The position numbers and the translations under genes are program-made. A DNA stretch of 64,000 bases, taken from assembly GCA_964016885.1 (NCBI GenBank), contig OZ024745.1:62000001-62064000 (forward strand), read 5' to 3'. Of this stretch, positions 13,833-27,332 are shown piece after piece. The notes under the pieces are model-generated. The model saw only the letters and a list, made by a program, of their open reading frames with translations, was not told where the DNA came from and did no database searches. Origin of the DNA: Eledone cirrhosa (taxonomy: Eukaryota). Position 1 is the stretch's first letter. Each line of letters opens with the position of its first letter.

Positions 13833-16177
13833 TGTGTGTGTGTGCGCGCGCGTCTGTGTGTGTGTGTGTGTTTATATTTATGTATGTACAAATATGTACA
13901 CGGTTGTGTGGCATGTGAATTTAAATGTTTCACTCGTGGTTCATAAGTATTTCCGATGAGTTGGGTAGATAGAAACTATTACAGGACCTATCACATGGGC
14001 TGATCTTGGAAGTCAAGAGACCAATATTGATACACAGTGTGATATGCTGAATCTCCTTAAGAAGTAAACATGTATGTGGAATGCTTAGTTACTCATTAAT
14101 GTAATGTACAGGCTGCACTATTAATCGATCCAACAACTCGAACCCTTATCATTACTAAAGAAACTTTCTAAATAACCAAAAGGTCAGTCATTGCATTTTC
14201 CAAACACCCTATTTTCTCTATAACATGTGATTTGCAAAGAAACCCCTAACTTGTTAATTTTTTTATTATATATATATATATATATACCCCCTCCTCATAT
14301 ATATATATATATATGCGAGTGTGTGTGCGTGTACACGTAGCGCTTGTGTCTAAATGGAAATGGATATTAATCGCACATGCAGCCGTTCAATATTTCTAGA
14401 TATATGGATAAATAAATAGCATGTAAAATATAGTTTTTCTAAACCAATACATTCTTGAGTTTAGGTGACGTTGAATATAGAAAAGTAATTTGATTTGTGT
14501 CACGCATCTATAAGATTATAAGATGGAGAATTAAATTTGACTATGATAACCAACCGAATTCCGAAATTGTCAATTTATATATTACTCCAGTATTTCGCTT
14601 GCCAGAAAACTATCTTAATAACACGATATGCTGAAAAAGACAAGTTGAAGTTCTATATGCAACATAAAACGGAAAGTAACTAAAATATAGATACAAAGAA
14701 GAAAATCGACAACATTGAGGAAATTCCCATACGGTTAATTCAATGTTGCCGCTGTTTAAACTCATTTTAGCGTTGACTGACACAAACTTATAATTAAGGG
14801 TTGTGTAGGCATAACCATATTATAATTGTGTTTTATGAATAGTGTATCTATGAGTAACACTTTCTCTCTTTCACAATCCCTTTCTAGAAGAAACCTGCTG
14901 AGTTCAGTCCTGCAGAGGTAAGGGCTCCACCAGAATTACAATGCTCCCAAAACGCTGTAAACGACCTCCGCTATGACTCCAACAGGAGTTACAGGACCAA
15001 AAGAAACAAAATCATATATAAGTAAATTATACAATTTGTGCCAACATTTAAGAAAGAAATTTGAACACTATTTATTGCATACTGAGCGAATATGTAGAAA
15101 CTTTCTTTTTAACAAAATTTTATCTTGTGAAAACAAGTTTATAACAAATTTGCTGTTCCTCTGTCACTTGATACCAGGCATATTCATTGAGATTAGGAAA
15201 GGTCAGTAATGAAAACATGGTAAATAAGCAACTTATTACAACAGACGATATGACTATATTACTATTGAAAGAAATATAGAGTCAGGCATAACATATTTCC
15301 AATGGAAGTCTTAATATTGAGCCTACAACGAAATATTTCATTTGATTTTTATTCTAGTTGATTACGCAAGAGCTTTACGAAGAGGAACACATATATATAA
15401 CTGAAACTAAGATTGTGAAATAGGAATTGACTCTTTGACAAGAAAAGTATGGTATTTTATTGTTGATCTTGTTCATGTTGATGTTAAAATTAGTAACTAC
15501 AAATTTAATTTGGATTTCCTAACTTCGCAACCACTTTTACTACTGCTAAACAAGGTGTGTATGCGAAGATTTCCGCCAATCCTTGCTAACAACATTACAT
15601 TTCTTTCAGCAAAGACCCGCCTTACTATATTAGAACTCGTTAATACATTCAAACCATGATAAGGAAGAACAACAACAATAACAACAGAAAAGAGGAAGGA
15701 ACGTAATCTTAGATTCAGCAAAGAAAATATATCTCTATTGATTTTCCCATAGCTGATATCTGCTTGTCCCAGCACCTGATAGAATGAAGCGAAATTTGAA
15801 ACAAGAACGCTCAGAGCCAGATCAGATAACGCAAAGTAGCTCTGGTATTCTTTAACAATTCTAATTCACTGTTGTTTTGAATGGCAATTTACATGTCCAC
15901 ATTGAAATAATGAAATATATCATTGACCTCAGTGGTATTTGAAATCGTCTCGCCATTAGCCGCCCAAAACACAAAGGCTCTAACAGCACTGTCAAATCTC
16001 CACCAATAGTCTCCACCGATTGTTTCCTTTAATCACTATGTTCAGTTGGTTATTATATTTAACGTCATTTTTAGATTCTTAGAATCGCATATAAATATAT
16101 GCGTCCAAAAGATATTAGGTTGAATGCAAAGAAACATTAAATTCATGGCTTTTTTACTAGTAAAAATGTTTGTTTTG

Positions 16178-16264
<87 letters not shown>

Positions 16265-16367
16265 TATATATATATATATATTAATAATAATAAATTTGAA
16301 GACTAAAATCCAAAGAGGGCTCGATAAGGATAAATATATATCAAATATATAAGAACCCTAGAGCAAA

Positions 16368-16469
16368 TATTTATTAAAATAACAGAATAAAGTTTAAGCA
16401 AGGAATCGTTGCTTTCACCCTTAACGGGATCTTCTTTGCTTAAACTTTAATCTGTTATTTTAATAAATA
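16368..16469. repeat. Short foldback with a hammerhead-like remnant in the loop
   Basis: TATTTATTAAAATAACAGAATAAAGTTTAAGCAAGGAA pairs with TTCTTTGCTTAAACTTTAATCTGTTATTTTAATAAATA. The minus-strand loop reads GA-TCCC-GTTAA-GGGT-GAAA. Confidence 0.6.
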
Positions 16470-16910
16470 CATATATATACCTGTTTCGAGACCCCCTCAC
16501 GTGTATATTTTTTTGGAGGAAGAAAATAAGCTTGCTTAGAAAATAAATGTATTCCATATCACCGACTGATTTACAATATATTCGCGTATAGCGTAAGATT
16601 AGGTAAGAAGGTTTGTAGTTTCTATTTTTACTTCAATATAATAGATGACCTGTAAAGTGGCAGTTAAGATTTCACATCACGTCAACCAATATTATTCTAA
16701 ATGTAGCAAATTTATAGATAAAGACATTATTTTTGCATACAGCTATGGTTCCAATTTCACGCTCTATACAACCAAAACGAAACCTCTCTCATAGTAACTT
16801 ACTTAAATGAAAATGTTTCCAAATCGTCTCTGTTCTCAATGCAATGATGCCAAGAACCTGAGCGCTACATTCATTACGACGAAATATAACAATTCTCACT
16901 TTTCTCTCTC

Positions 16911-17602
<692 letters not shown>

Positions 17603-17707
17603 TCATCATCATCATCATCATCAGGTTTAGCGTCGGTGTTCCACGCTTGCATGGGTTTGGACGGGGGTTTTCCCACTTGAGGCAAGAGTGGTTGTCTTGC
17701 TCGCATA

Positions 17708-18160
17708 GGACTGTCTGGCGTGTTTTCTACAGTTGGATGCCCTTCCTAACACCAACCACATTTACAGTGTGGGGCTGGGAGGTTTTTACCGTGTTGCCTA
17801 CACGGCCACATTACAGCGTGGACTGTCTGGCGGGTTTTCTACAGCTGGATGCCCTTCCTAACACCAACCACATTTACAGTGTGGGGCTGGGAGGTTTTTA
17901 CCGTGTTGCCTACACGGCCACATTACAGCGTGGACTGTCTGGCGGGTTTTCTACAGCTGGATGCCCTTCCTAACACCAACCACATTTACAGTGTGGGGCT
18001 GGGAGGTTTTTACCGTGTTGCCTACACGGCCACATTACAGCGTGGACTGTCTGGCGGGTTTTCTACAGCTGGATGCCCTTCCTAACACCAACCACATTTA
18101 CAGTGTGGGGCTGGGAGGTTTTTACCGTGTTGCCTACACGGCCACATTTACAGCGTGGAC
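17708..18160. repeat. 4 x 112-bp tandem repeat in the RTE 3' UTR
   Basis: GGACTGTCTGGCG...GGATGCCCTTCCTAACACCAACCAC units start at 17708, 17820, 17932 and 18044. Confidence 0.95.
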
Positions 18161-18284
18161 TGTGTGTTTTTTTGTCGTGACACCTACACGATCTCATTTG
18201 TTTCGGCCTGGATGTTGTGGGACCAACATAACTTTACATTGAAAGGGGCGGTGTGGGTGGGGTGGAGGTGGTGGGACTTTGTAT

Positions 18285-21200
18285 TTAGGTAAGGCGGGTC
18301 TTCTCTATTACTGAGTACCGCCAAAGGTCTCGGTCCAGTGACATTGTCTTGGAGAGGTGTAAGCGTGTGAGGTCGGAATTTATCAGCTCGTCCCATGTTT
18401 TTCTGGGTCTGCCTACTCCGTGGCTACCGTCTATCTTTATTGCCCTGCACTTTGTTATACAGCTGTCGTCTTTCATGCGCATCACGTGACCGTACCAACG
18501 TAGCCTTCTCTCGAGTAAACAACATCTGATCCCTCTTATTTCTAATTTTTTCCTTAGTTCGTTTATGCTTTGCCGTTCACGTATATTACTATTGCACATC
18601 CAGCGGAGCATGCAAGCTTCGTTCCTCTCTAGTCTGCGTATATCCTCTGCACACAATGCCCAGGTCTCACTGCCATGCAGCATTGCTGTTCGTATGCAGG
18701 CATCGTATAACCTGCCTTTCATTTTTAGGGAGAACCCTCTAGCGGCTAATAGTGGTATAAGCTCTCTGAACTTTTTCCATCCAGTTCTGACTCTAGCTAC
18801 TGTACTTTCAGAGCACCCTCCCCCACTGCTGATTTTGTCACCCAGATAACGGAAGCTGTCCACTATTTCTATAGAACCCTCTGCGCAGTTGAAGGAGCTA
18901 GTATTTTGTGGGCACTTGCTGCTACTTATTGCACCAGAGCACCGGCCACATGTAAAATCTATGTTCTTAGTTAGCTTACCTGTGATCCCACTACATCTTT
19001 TATGCACCCATACTTTGCATTTGGGACATAAAATGGAGTTTCTACCTACGCCTTTCCTACACACTGAGCATGGCCATTTCCCAGATGGGACCGCCGCCTT
19101 ATTTTCTTTCCTACAAACTAGAACTTTAGTCTTAGCCAGGTTAATTTTAAGGCCTTTTGATTCTAGGCCGTGCTTCCATGTTTGGAATTTCTTCTCTAGT
19201 TCGGTCATTGATTCAGCTATGAGCGTTAGATCATCTGCGTATAGGAGTTCCCATGGGCAGCCGGTCTTGAACTCCTCTGTTATAGCCTGAAGGGCAATAA
19301 TAAATAGTAGGGGGCTAAGAACAGAGCCCTGATGGACACCAACTTTTACGCTAAACTCTTCACTATATTCGTTGTTAATTCTAACCTTACTGACTGTTTC
19401 TTTATACATGGCTTGTATAGCTCTCACAAGCCATTCGTCAACACCTAGTTTTCTAAGAGACCACCAGATAATGGAACGGGGGACTCTGTCGAAGGCTTTC
19501 TCCAAGTCGACGAAAGCTAAGTATAGGGGTTTACTTTTAGCTAGGTACTTCTCCTGTAGTTGTCGTACAATGAAAAGAGCGTCTGTGGTACTTTTGCCTG
19601 ACACAAACCCGAACTGCATTTCATCTAGATCAATTCTCTCTCTGATTAGTTGCGCTATTACTTTTTCCGTGACCTTCATGACCTGGTCGATTAATTTAAT
19701 GCCTCTATAGTTACTCCTATCTAGGGCATCTCCTTTTCCCTTATAGCAGTTAACGATGATGCTGCTACGCCAGTCCTTCGGAACAACCCCATTCTGTACG
19801 ACTTGGTTAACTATCCGGGTGACCATGGTGTGTCCCACCGAACCAGATGCCTTCAGCATCTCAGCAACTATTTCCGAAGGCCCAGCCGCCTTACCCGTCT
19901 TCATATCTTTGATTGCCTTACTTATTATACTACCTTCAACTAACACTGCTGGTCCCTCTATTGGATCGATCTGGGGGAGACTGTCTTTCTCCCATTTGTT
20001 CTCCTCATTTAGAAGCCTTTCGTAGTGACACTTCCAAGCTACCTTCTTATCAGCGTCGGTGATGGCAAGTATGCCATCATCGTTAAGTACACACTTCTCC
20101 CCGACAATATCACGGTTTTCCTTGACACATTGCCTGGCAATCCTGAACACCTCACGTTTTTGGTCCTCACGTTGTAGAACATGCTTGAACTTTCTTTCCT
20201 CTGCTTCCCTTCTTGCGAAGTACACTTGTCTCCTAGCTTCCCTCCTGGCCACTTGATAGTCTTCTCTACTTCCCCCATCCCGCCATACTTTCCAAGCCTG
20301 CTTTTTGGCCTTAATTGACTCCTCCACCTTACTGTTCCACCACCATGTTACTCTCCTCCTACCTACAGGCCTGCTCCAGCCACAGACTTCGTCTGCCGCC
20401 GTCAGCAGGTTTGCTCTCAGGAATTCCCACTGTTCCTCTATATTATACGACTCTAATTGCTCTTCCTTACTGTCGAAAGCGTCAAGTAATATGCTTTGAA
20501 ATTTATTTCTGGCTATGGGGTCCTTTAGCTTCCATATTTTTCTCCTGAGGATAGTCCTCTTCCGCTGTCTAGTACGTCTCGTCCTGACTATGAGGTCGCT
20601 AATTATCAGTCTATGTTGGGAGGTGAATTCTTCATGGGGGTGGGATTTAGTGTTAACAACAGACACTCTGTCACGTCTTCTGGTAAGGATATAGTCTACC
20701 TGGCTTGTGTGTTCCCCCGATCTATAGGTGATCAAGTGATTGTCTCGTTTTTTGAAGTTAGTGTTACAGATAGTTAAGTTATTTGCATCGCAGAATTCAA
20801 GGATTCTGGACCCTTCCTCATTTCTAGTACCGAACCCATAGCCTCCATGGATTCCGTCATAGCCGTCACAATGTTGTCCAACGTGACCATTTAGGTCGCC
20901 TGCAATAACTATATAGTCACTGTCGGTTATTTGGGAGGTAGCGAGCATCAGTGTCTCGTAGAATCTGTCTTTTATAGCGCCGGGCAGTCCGGATTGGGGT
21001 GCGTACGCAGATATTACTGTCACCGTAGTTTTATTGAGGACAAGTCTTATTTTAATTATTCTGTCGTTCACTCTATTTACGTCTATTATCTTATCTGCCC
21101 ACTTTTCTGCTACCATGATTCCTACCCCACCCAACCCATTGTCATTTCCCACCCAGAAAAGCTTATAGCATCGTTCTTTACCCACGATGAATCTAGCCGA

Positions 21201-21305
21201 CCCTCCCCTCCACCTGGTCTCTTGAATACAACAAACATCGACCTCCTTACGTTCAAGCATTTCTACAACCTCGTTAGAGCGACCCTTTAAGGTGCCTACA
21301 TTCAT
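18285..21305 (-). CDS. RTE LINE polyprotein: APE endonuclease, reverse transcriptase and Cys/His (PHD-like) insertion, 1006 aa, uninterrupted
   Basis: Motifs NVGTL, CIQETRW, SAYAPQ, AGDLNGHVG, QVDYIL, NYRGIKL, FVDLEKAFD, GVHQGSVLSP, LYADD, CSVC..CPKC..HKRC and RRLRWYGHV. Confidence 0.93.
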   Translation of the reverse strand: MNVGTLKGRSNEVVEMLERKEVDVCCIQETRWRGGSARFIVGKERCYKLFWVGNDNGLGGVGIMVAEKWADKIIDVNRVNDRIIKIRLVLNKTTVTVISAYAPQSGLPGAIKDRFYETLMLATSQITDSDYIVIAGDLNGHVGQHCDGYDGIHGGYGFGTRNEEGSRILEFCDANNLTICNTNFKKRDNHLITYRSGEHTSQVDYILTRRRDRVSVVNTKSHPHEEFTSQHRLIISDLIVRTRRTRQRKRTILRRKIWKLKDPIARNKFQSILLDAFDSKEEQLESYNIEEQWEFLRANLLTAADEVCGWSRPVGRRRVTWWWNSKVEESIKAKKQAWKVWRDGGSREDYQVARREARRQVYFARREAEERKFKHVLQREDQKREVFRIARQCVKENRDIVGEKCVLNDDGILAITDADKKVAWKCHYERLLNEENKWEKDSLPQIDPIEGPAVLVEGSIISKAIKDMKTGKAAGPSEIVAEMLKASGSVGHTMVTRIVNQVVQNGVVPKDWRSSIIVNCYKGKGDALDRSNYRGIKLIDQVMKVTEKVIAQLIRERIDLDEMQFGFVSGKSTTDALFIVRQLQEKYLAKSKPLYLAFVDLEKAFDRVPRSIIWWSLRKLGVDEWLVRAIQAMYKETVSKVRINNEYSEEFSVKVGVHQGSVLSPLLFIIALQAITEEFKTGCPWELLYADDLTLIAESMTELEKKFQTWKHGLESKGLKINLAKTKVLVCRKENKAAVPSGKWPCSVCRKGVGRNSILCPKCKVWVHKRCSGITGKLTKNIDFTCGRCSGAISSSKCPQNTSSFNCAEGSIEIVDSFRYLGDKISSGGGCSESTVARVRTGWKKFRELIPLLAARGFSLKMKGRLYDACIRTAMLHGSETWALCAEDIRRLERNEACMLRWMCNSNIRERQSINELRKKLEIRGIRCCLLERRLRWYGHVMRMKDDSCITKCRAIKIDGSHGVGRPRKTWDELINSDLTRLHLSKTMSLDRDLWRYSVIEKTRLT

Positions 21306-21469
21306 GGTACCAACTCTGAAGTTTTGGATTGCGTTTGGAGGGTGGGAGCGGTGGGGCGCGGGGGGGGGGATGGGGTTATGTTAGCCATCCTGGGCCGAAA
21401 CAAGGAGGAGTGCTTGCATTCTCGTCCACGAGGTGAATTTGGCTTTATCTTTGGCATTGTCGCTGAGCG

Positions 21470-21547
<78 letters not shown>

Positions 21548-21759
21548 CCTGTCTTTGCCAAAGGAAATAGAGCATTTGAAAGTAATTTACATTCAACCCA
21601 AATCTTTTAGAAATTGTATGATATAGGATAATTTTGACTTTAATTTCTAACATAACCAGTGAAAAGAGTGTTAAATATAGTAATCTCGAAAAAAAGAATT
21701 TTTTCTCCACTTTGTAAGAAAACGTGAAACCTCGTATGTATATTCAAATATTAATAATT

Positions 21760-22250
21760 ACTAGCTGGACCCGTGAAAAAATTCACGGATAATCCACTCT
21801 CTCTTTATTATAACCCCCTCTCTCTATATATAAACCCATCCCTTTCTCTATTAAAACCACCCTCTCTCTATATATATATTTAACCCCCTCTCTATATATA
21901 TATTTTAACCTCCTTTCTCTATATTATAACCGCCTCTCTCTATATTATAACCCATTCTCTCTATATATTATAACCCATCCCTTTTTCTATATTATAAACC
22001 CCTCTCTTTAAATATAGTATAACCTCCTCTCTCTATATATATTATAACCCCCTCTCTCTCTCTATACATATAATAACCCATCCCTTTCTCTATATTATAA
22101 CCCCCTCTCTCTGTCCTTTCCAAACATTGCAACGCTCTTTGATTTTCTTTGGCCGTAGATTGTCGTAGATTGTTTACCAACCCACTCCCATTGTTTTACT
22201 GAAAGCGTCGTACGTACGGTACGTAGGTATTAGCCTACTTATATATATAT
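21760..22250. mobile_element. Putative Helentron-associated (HINE/DINE-like) element with internal minisatellite
   Basis: Begins ACTAGCTGGACCCGTGAA..TTCACGG (hairpin), has internal TATTATAACCCCCTCTCTCT repeats and ends CTACTTATATATAT. Family assignment is inference. Confidence 0.3.
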
Positions 22251-22411
22251 ATTTCTTTTGACTTATTCCAATATGAGTTAATTTGGAAATATATTCAGCA
22301 ACGAATGCCCAGGTTATTTTATAATTACTCTCATTATATAATCTGTGGCTAAGTTAACATCAGCGGTAGGATATTGTAGAAATTTCTATACACTATATAG
22401 ATATGATGGTG

Positions 22412-22650
22412 GAGGCGCGTAGCCTAGTGGTAAGGGTGTTAGACTCACAATCATATTTCGTGGGTCGATTCCTGGGCTTGGTTGCGTGTTGTGTTCTTGA
22501 GCAAAACACTTCATTTCACGTTACTTAAGTATACTCAGCTGAAAATGAGTATCAGTAATAGCTTGGGGTTTAACCCTGAGTCTTGTAATCTCAGTCGCCA
22601 TGAAACCGGGACAAACACCGACCCAACGAGCCTTCTGCCTTGACAGACGT
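22412..22650 (+). mobile_element. tRNA-derived SINE
   Basis: A-box TAGCCTAGTGG, B-box-like GGTCGATTCC, followed by the GTTGTGTTCTTGAGCAAAACACTT SINE body. Confidence 0.7.
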
Positions 22651-25600
22651 TTAGATATAGATATAACAGAGTCGTGAGTAAGATATTTAATATAATTATA
22701 AGAGAAATACTATTTATAAATAACATTCCGTTTTGGTACTATCTCTTAAAGGGTATTATTTGCCATGATCAAAATATCTGGTCCTCACTGCCAATCATGT
22801 ACTACATATAACATCTTAAGGCATATTTCCCTATTGGGAGTTGTTCTGTAGATGAATGCTTTATTTGGCTTTTATGGCCTATAATGTGTTATGCCAGGGT
22901 AATATTTCTGTCGTACGAAACTTGGATATTCATCCTGGAGTCGCTTTATATTTAAATCTATTTAAAACAATTATAATACAACAAGCTATTCATCATGTTA
23001 ACTTGTCACTCTGATCTCATATCGCAACATATCTGAAACTAATTATGTATTTATTTGCACTTCTTTACTGTCCTAACTACACTTTGTCAATTTCCATTTG
23101 TGATGAATTTCTCATTCCTTCTTTTATTGATCATTATTTTGGTTTCCAAATTTCAAATGACGAAAATTTACTCGCTTTCTTCGTTTCATATAATGGATTG
23201 TTTGTTTAAGGATAATTAAATTTCGACAACATTCCCTCTTGAATAAGCCAATTAGACATATTTGACGATTTGCCAAATAGCATAGCATCCGTGATTACTA
23301 TGTTTAGCTTCGTACTTTCTATCTATGATGAAAATAATTTCAATTAAATTTTAATTTCATTCGATAATATGATATTCGATTGCTTTACTGGCAGTATTTA
23401 ATTGAATTCAGATCTTCAACCATCATCTTTAGAATATGGTCCATCCATATTTCGAAATTGAACAGAAAAATGTCATTATGTTGATTCAAAATAAAATTAG
23501 GAAATAAACACTGTTCATGATTCACTTACATAACTTGTCCCTAATTTTAAAATTTCTCCGGTTGTTAACATGTACTACAAAAAAGTATTATCACATAATG
23601 TCTACTAATGTATTTCTATCGTTACATGTCTGTGTAGAATTATCAAGTTTCTAGTAACTTCCTTCCTCTATCATCTAATTTGTTTGTAGAATAAATTTCT
23701 ATACGTCTAGTAACAGGACATACTCTAACAACTTTCAAAAAAACAGTCTTATGCCCATATATGACAGGTAATTATTATACATCCAAAATGGACTGTATAC
23801 ATCCATATGGATATACACTAGTTGGATCGTTGAGAAAACTGCCATCACCAATCAATTCTTCCTCAGTTTGTCAAATGTTCGTAACAGAATTTTCTTCTCC
23901 TTCCTTCTATCGAACTTCCCTTGTTATTTAGCCCGTTACAAATTTTCCTATACTGTCATATATTTCAGATAAAGTATGGAGTGTGACTACTTGTTTTATC
24001 GTATTCTCACCACGTTCACATCACTGTACTTCTTTCAAATCATCTGCCCCATTCATTATACAATTCCTGTATGGATGGCAATGCAAAGGATTCCTTTACC
24101 ATTTCTCTTTACGTATTTCGAATGGTTTTATAGAATGTTATGCAATCTTTAAACCGCATACCTTGTTTGAGCTGGACGTACTTGCCGCATACAATATCAG
24201 AATTTGCTTCAGAATGCTCTGACCATTCCTTCATGCAAGATCTCCAGTCCATCGAACATATGATGAAATATCTCTACCGTAAGTGACTTCTCAAAAGCTC
24301 ATGCTTCGAAACTTGTGTCAGTAAGGTATGAGTTTAACAAAGATTGGTGTGTTTCGTGCTTGTTTACTCCTGACTTATTCAAGTGCTCATATTTAGAAAG
24401 TTTATTTTGCACTCAATTGTTTCAACAGGATGAACCAATATCGCTTGAGCGCTTTGAACAGAGGTATTTAAGATATAATCTGAATATCATCTAGAGTCTA
24501 TATGGACTCTAGATAGAGTGGGGACATAAGGGGTTATTGTGTTCTGAATAATGAAGTGATGATTCACAATCCGATGTATATATTCCGGATGACATGTGGT
24601 GCGCTTTGGTTGTGAGCACGCATATTTCTAGAAAACTGAGTCATTTTCTTCCAAAACTAAGTTCGACACTTATGACTGCCACATTGTCTCCACATATAGT
24701 TGTCCAATTCTCATATTCACGACAAGAACCTGGTAGTACACCTTTTAGTCTTCCTATTGAGACGTATCATTGCATCGCTCATCATCATTCCCTTCCAGCA
24801 TTTGCTCACTTTTCACACTGTCTCTGAATTCTATACCGCTACTTTCATCCGCCTTGTGTAGCTGGGTTATCACTTCAAATGCTTTTACTTCCAGGGAGCG
24901 ATGTACGAACAGATAACTGGTGTGATAATCGCCACAAGAACAGGAATCAACTATGCGAACGTATTCGTCGGCTATGTTGAGACTTAAGTCGTTGCTAATG
25001 TTCCTGGGCCCACCCCCATATTATACTGTCGCTATTGGACACTGTTTCTGGGCCACGTTTCTCACCTGGGAACAGCTTGCGACATTCGTGTCTTTTGTCT
25101 ATTTTTTCGTTCTCGCAACCAACTTCAACGCCTCTATATCTATCACATGTATCAATTTCCGCAACACCTCCTTGTCCATTGACTATGCACTCCTCTCCTT
25201 TATAATGCTGTTTTCAAACAACTCAAAATCTTACATCGACATCACCTCCGCTCACCATATCCAAACCAACCAATTCGTCTCCTAATCTCAATCCTTCCGT
25301 CTTGACCGAAGCCATGGTTTTAAGATACAGGCCGGCTCATTATATGATTACTCTCTTTATTCGGTAATAAAACAGATTTACCCTTGAGTGTGGAGCTGTT
25401 CACCCCATCGCTCTCACATCAAAGAACGTCTGTACTTCTACCACACATTCCAGCTCTCCAACACGCCTTCCATAAGAGGATGCATTGCCTCTTTCTTTGT
25501 TTCCAGTTCTCCATCTCTTCCATTTTCAACATTCCACATATTCCATTCTTTATACACGTCCGCAGGCTTATGAATCCTTTTGTCAGCGTTTCCTGTCACC

Positions 25601-26759
25601 CCCTCCTCCTCTCCTCTTATAGATTCCAATCTGTTATCGACATCGCTGCTATATGTGCTGTTTGACCAGCAAAACCACCACCCTAACCCATCGGCTGGAA
25701 TTTCAGGATAAGGGATATCTCCCACTGCACCTCTAGTTTAAAGGATCATAGAAGTGTTCCCTTTGTCTAAGTGAAAAATTAAGGATATTATAAGGGCTGG
25801 CTGAAACCCTAAATGTCTAAACAGAAAGCATGAACTATTTAAAGGGTGCCCACATGAATGATGTTGCTTGGAAGAATAAAGACCCAGATGCACAAAACAC
25901 CACTATTCTACATCGGCCTTAGTCCATTAAACTGGTCTCAGGCCTACATATATATCACACTGTACCCAAACACGGTTAAATAATATAAGCCTTATAAATA
26001 ACACACACACACACGCACACACACACACACATATACAGAAATATATATGGCTATATACATAGATGGATATTGGCAAATATTACATTAATAAAAATGCACA
26101 TAGGCAGTGCTTTATGATCAATAGTGCTAGCACAATTTGACCAGTATTAATGATCAGTTCCACGAACACACGCTACAGATAATACGAATAAACCGTTACT
26201 ATATTTCATGTAATTCAAGAAAGCACGTATGTACTTGATCCTCGGATGAAGGTTTTACAAAGAGAACTTGTAAAACATAACACAATCTTCATTATAATAA
26301 GTCTGTAAAATTGTAATAACAGACATCGTCGTTTCCTAGCATTGCTGTATGACACATTTTAATATACATATGAGCGTTGTCTTGTGATAAGAGAAAATAA
26401 ATTATATTATCTTTGCATGCAATAACTCTTTCACAACATCACATTATCACCAATATCTTCGCTTACTTTTTCTTCATTCGGTATTTTCTTAGCTTCAGGA
26501 ATGAAACTAATTTTCAGATTACACTTCATGCCGATTTGAGTAGATATCAAATACGTGAAGATTAAAAGTGACATCACTAAATATCTGTCTACACATTAAC
26601 ATTTTGCTGTATAAAAATTCATCTTATCAAGTCTGAATTTTTTTTTTTTTTTTTATTTGAAACAATATTGCAATGTTTTGAAAATTTGAAAATATTTTTT
26701 ATGTATAAGTTTCCAGTGAAAATCTCCCCCCCCCCACACACAAACGCCCCTCCCCTACA

Positions 26760-26857
26760 CACACTAACACACACACACACACATACATATATATATGTGT
26801 GTGTGTCTGTATGTGTATCTATATATGTATGTATATATGTACATATACATATATATG

Positions 26858-26920
<63 letters not shown>

Positions 26921-26967
26921 TGTATATATATATATATATGCATGTATATATATATATATATATATGC

Positions 26968-27010
<43 letters not shown>

Positions 27011-27134
27011 TGTATATATATATATATATAATATATATATATATATGCATGTATATATATATATAATATATATATATATGCATGTATATATATATATATA
27101 TATATAATATATATATATATATGAATGTATATAT

Positions 27135-27168
<34 letters not shown>

Positions 27169-27283
27169 ATATATATATATATATATGCATGTATATATAT
27201 ATATATATAATATATATATATATATGCATGTATATATATATATATATAATATATATATATATATATGCATACATATATATATG

Positions 27284-27315
<32 letters not shown>

Positions 27316-27332
27316 TGCATGCACATATACAT
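26760..27332. repeat. (CA)/(TA)n microsatellite with TGCATG interruptions
   Basis: Read directly from the sequence. Confidence 0.95.

Larger units (their letters stand above)
17603..21471 (-). mobile_element. RTE-clade LINE inserted in (TA)n
   Basis: Single APE-RT ORF, RTE-type 3' UTR, (GAT)n tail at 17603-17623 and (TA)n on both sides. Confidence 0.9.

Noticed and set aside
22412-22490. tRNA gene
   Set aside because: The cloverleaf is not intact and the sequence continues into a SINE body.
23900-25730. Slightly GC-richer region with short ORFs (e.g. 25438-25725)
   Set aside because: Possibly an ancient retroelement, but no diagnostic motifs are readable.
26240-26290. CGGATGA plus GTTTTACAA/TTGTAAAAC hairpin
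   Set aside because: No GAAA or stem III, so too degenerate to call a HHR.
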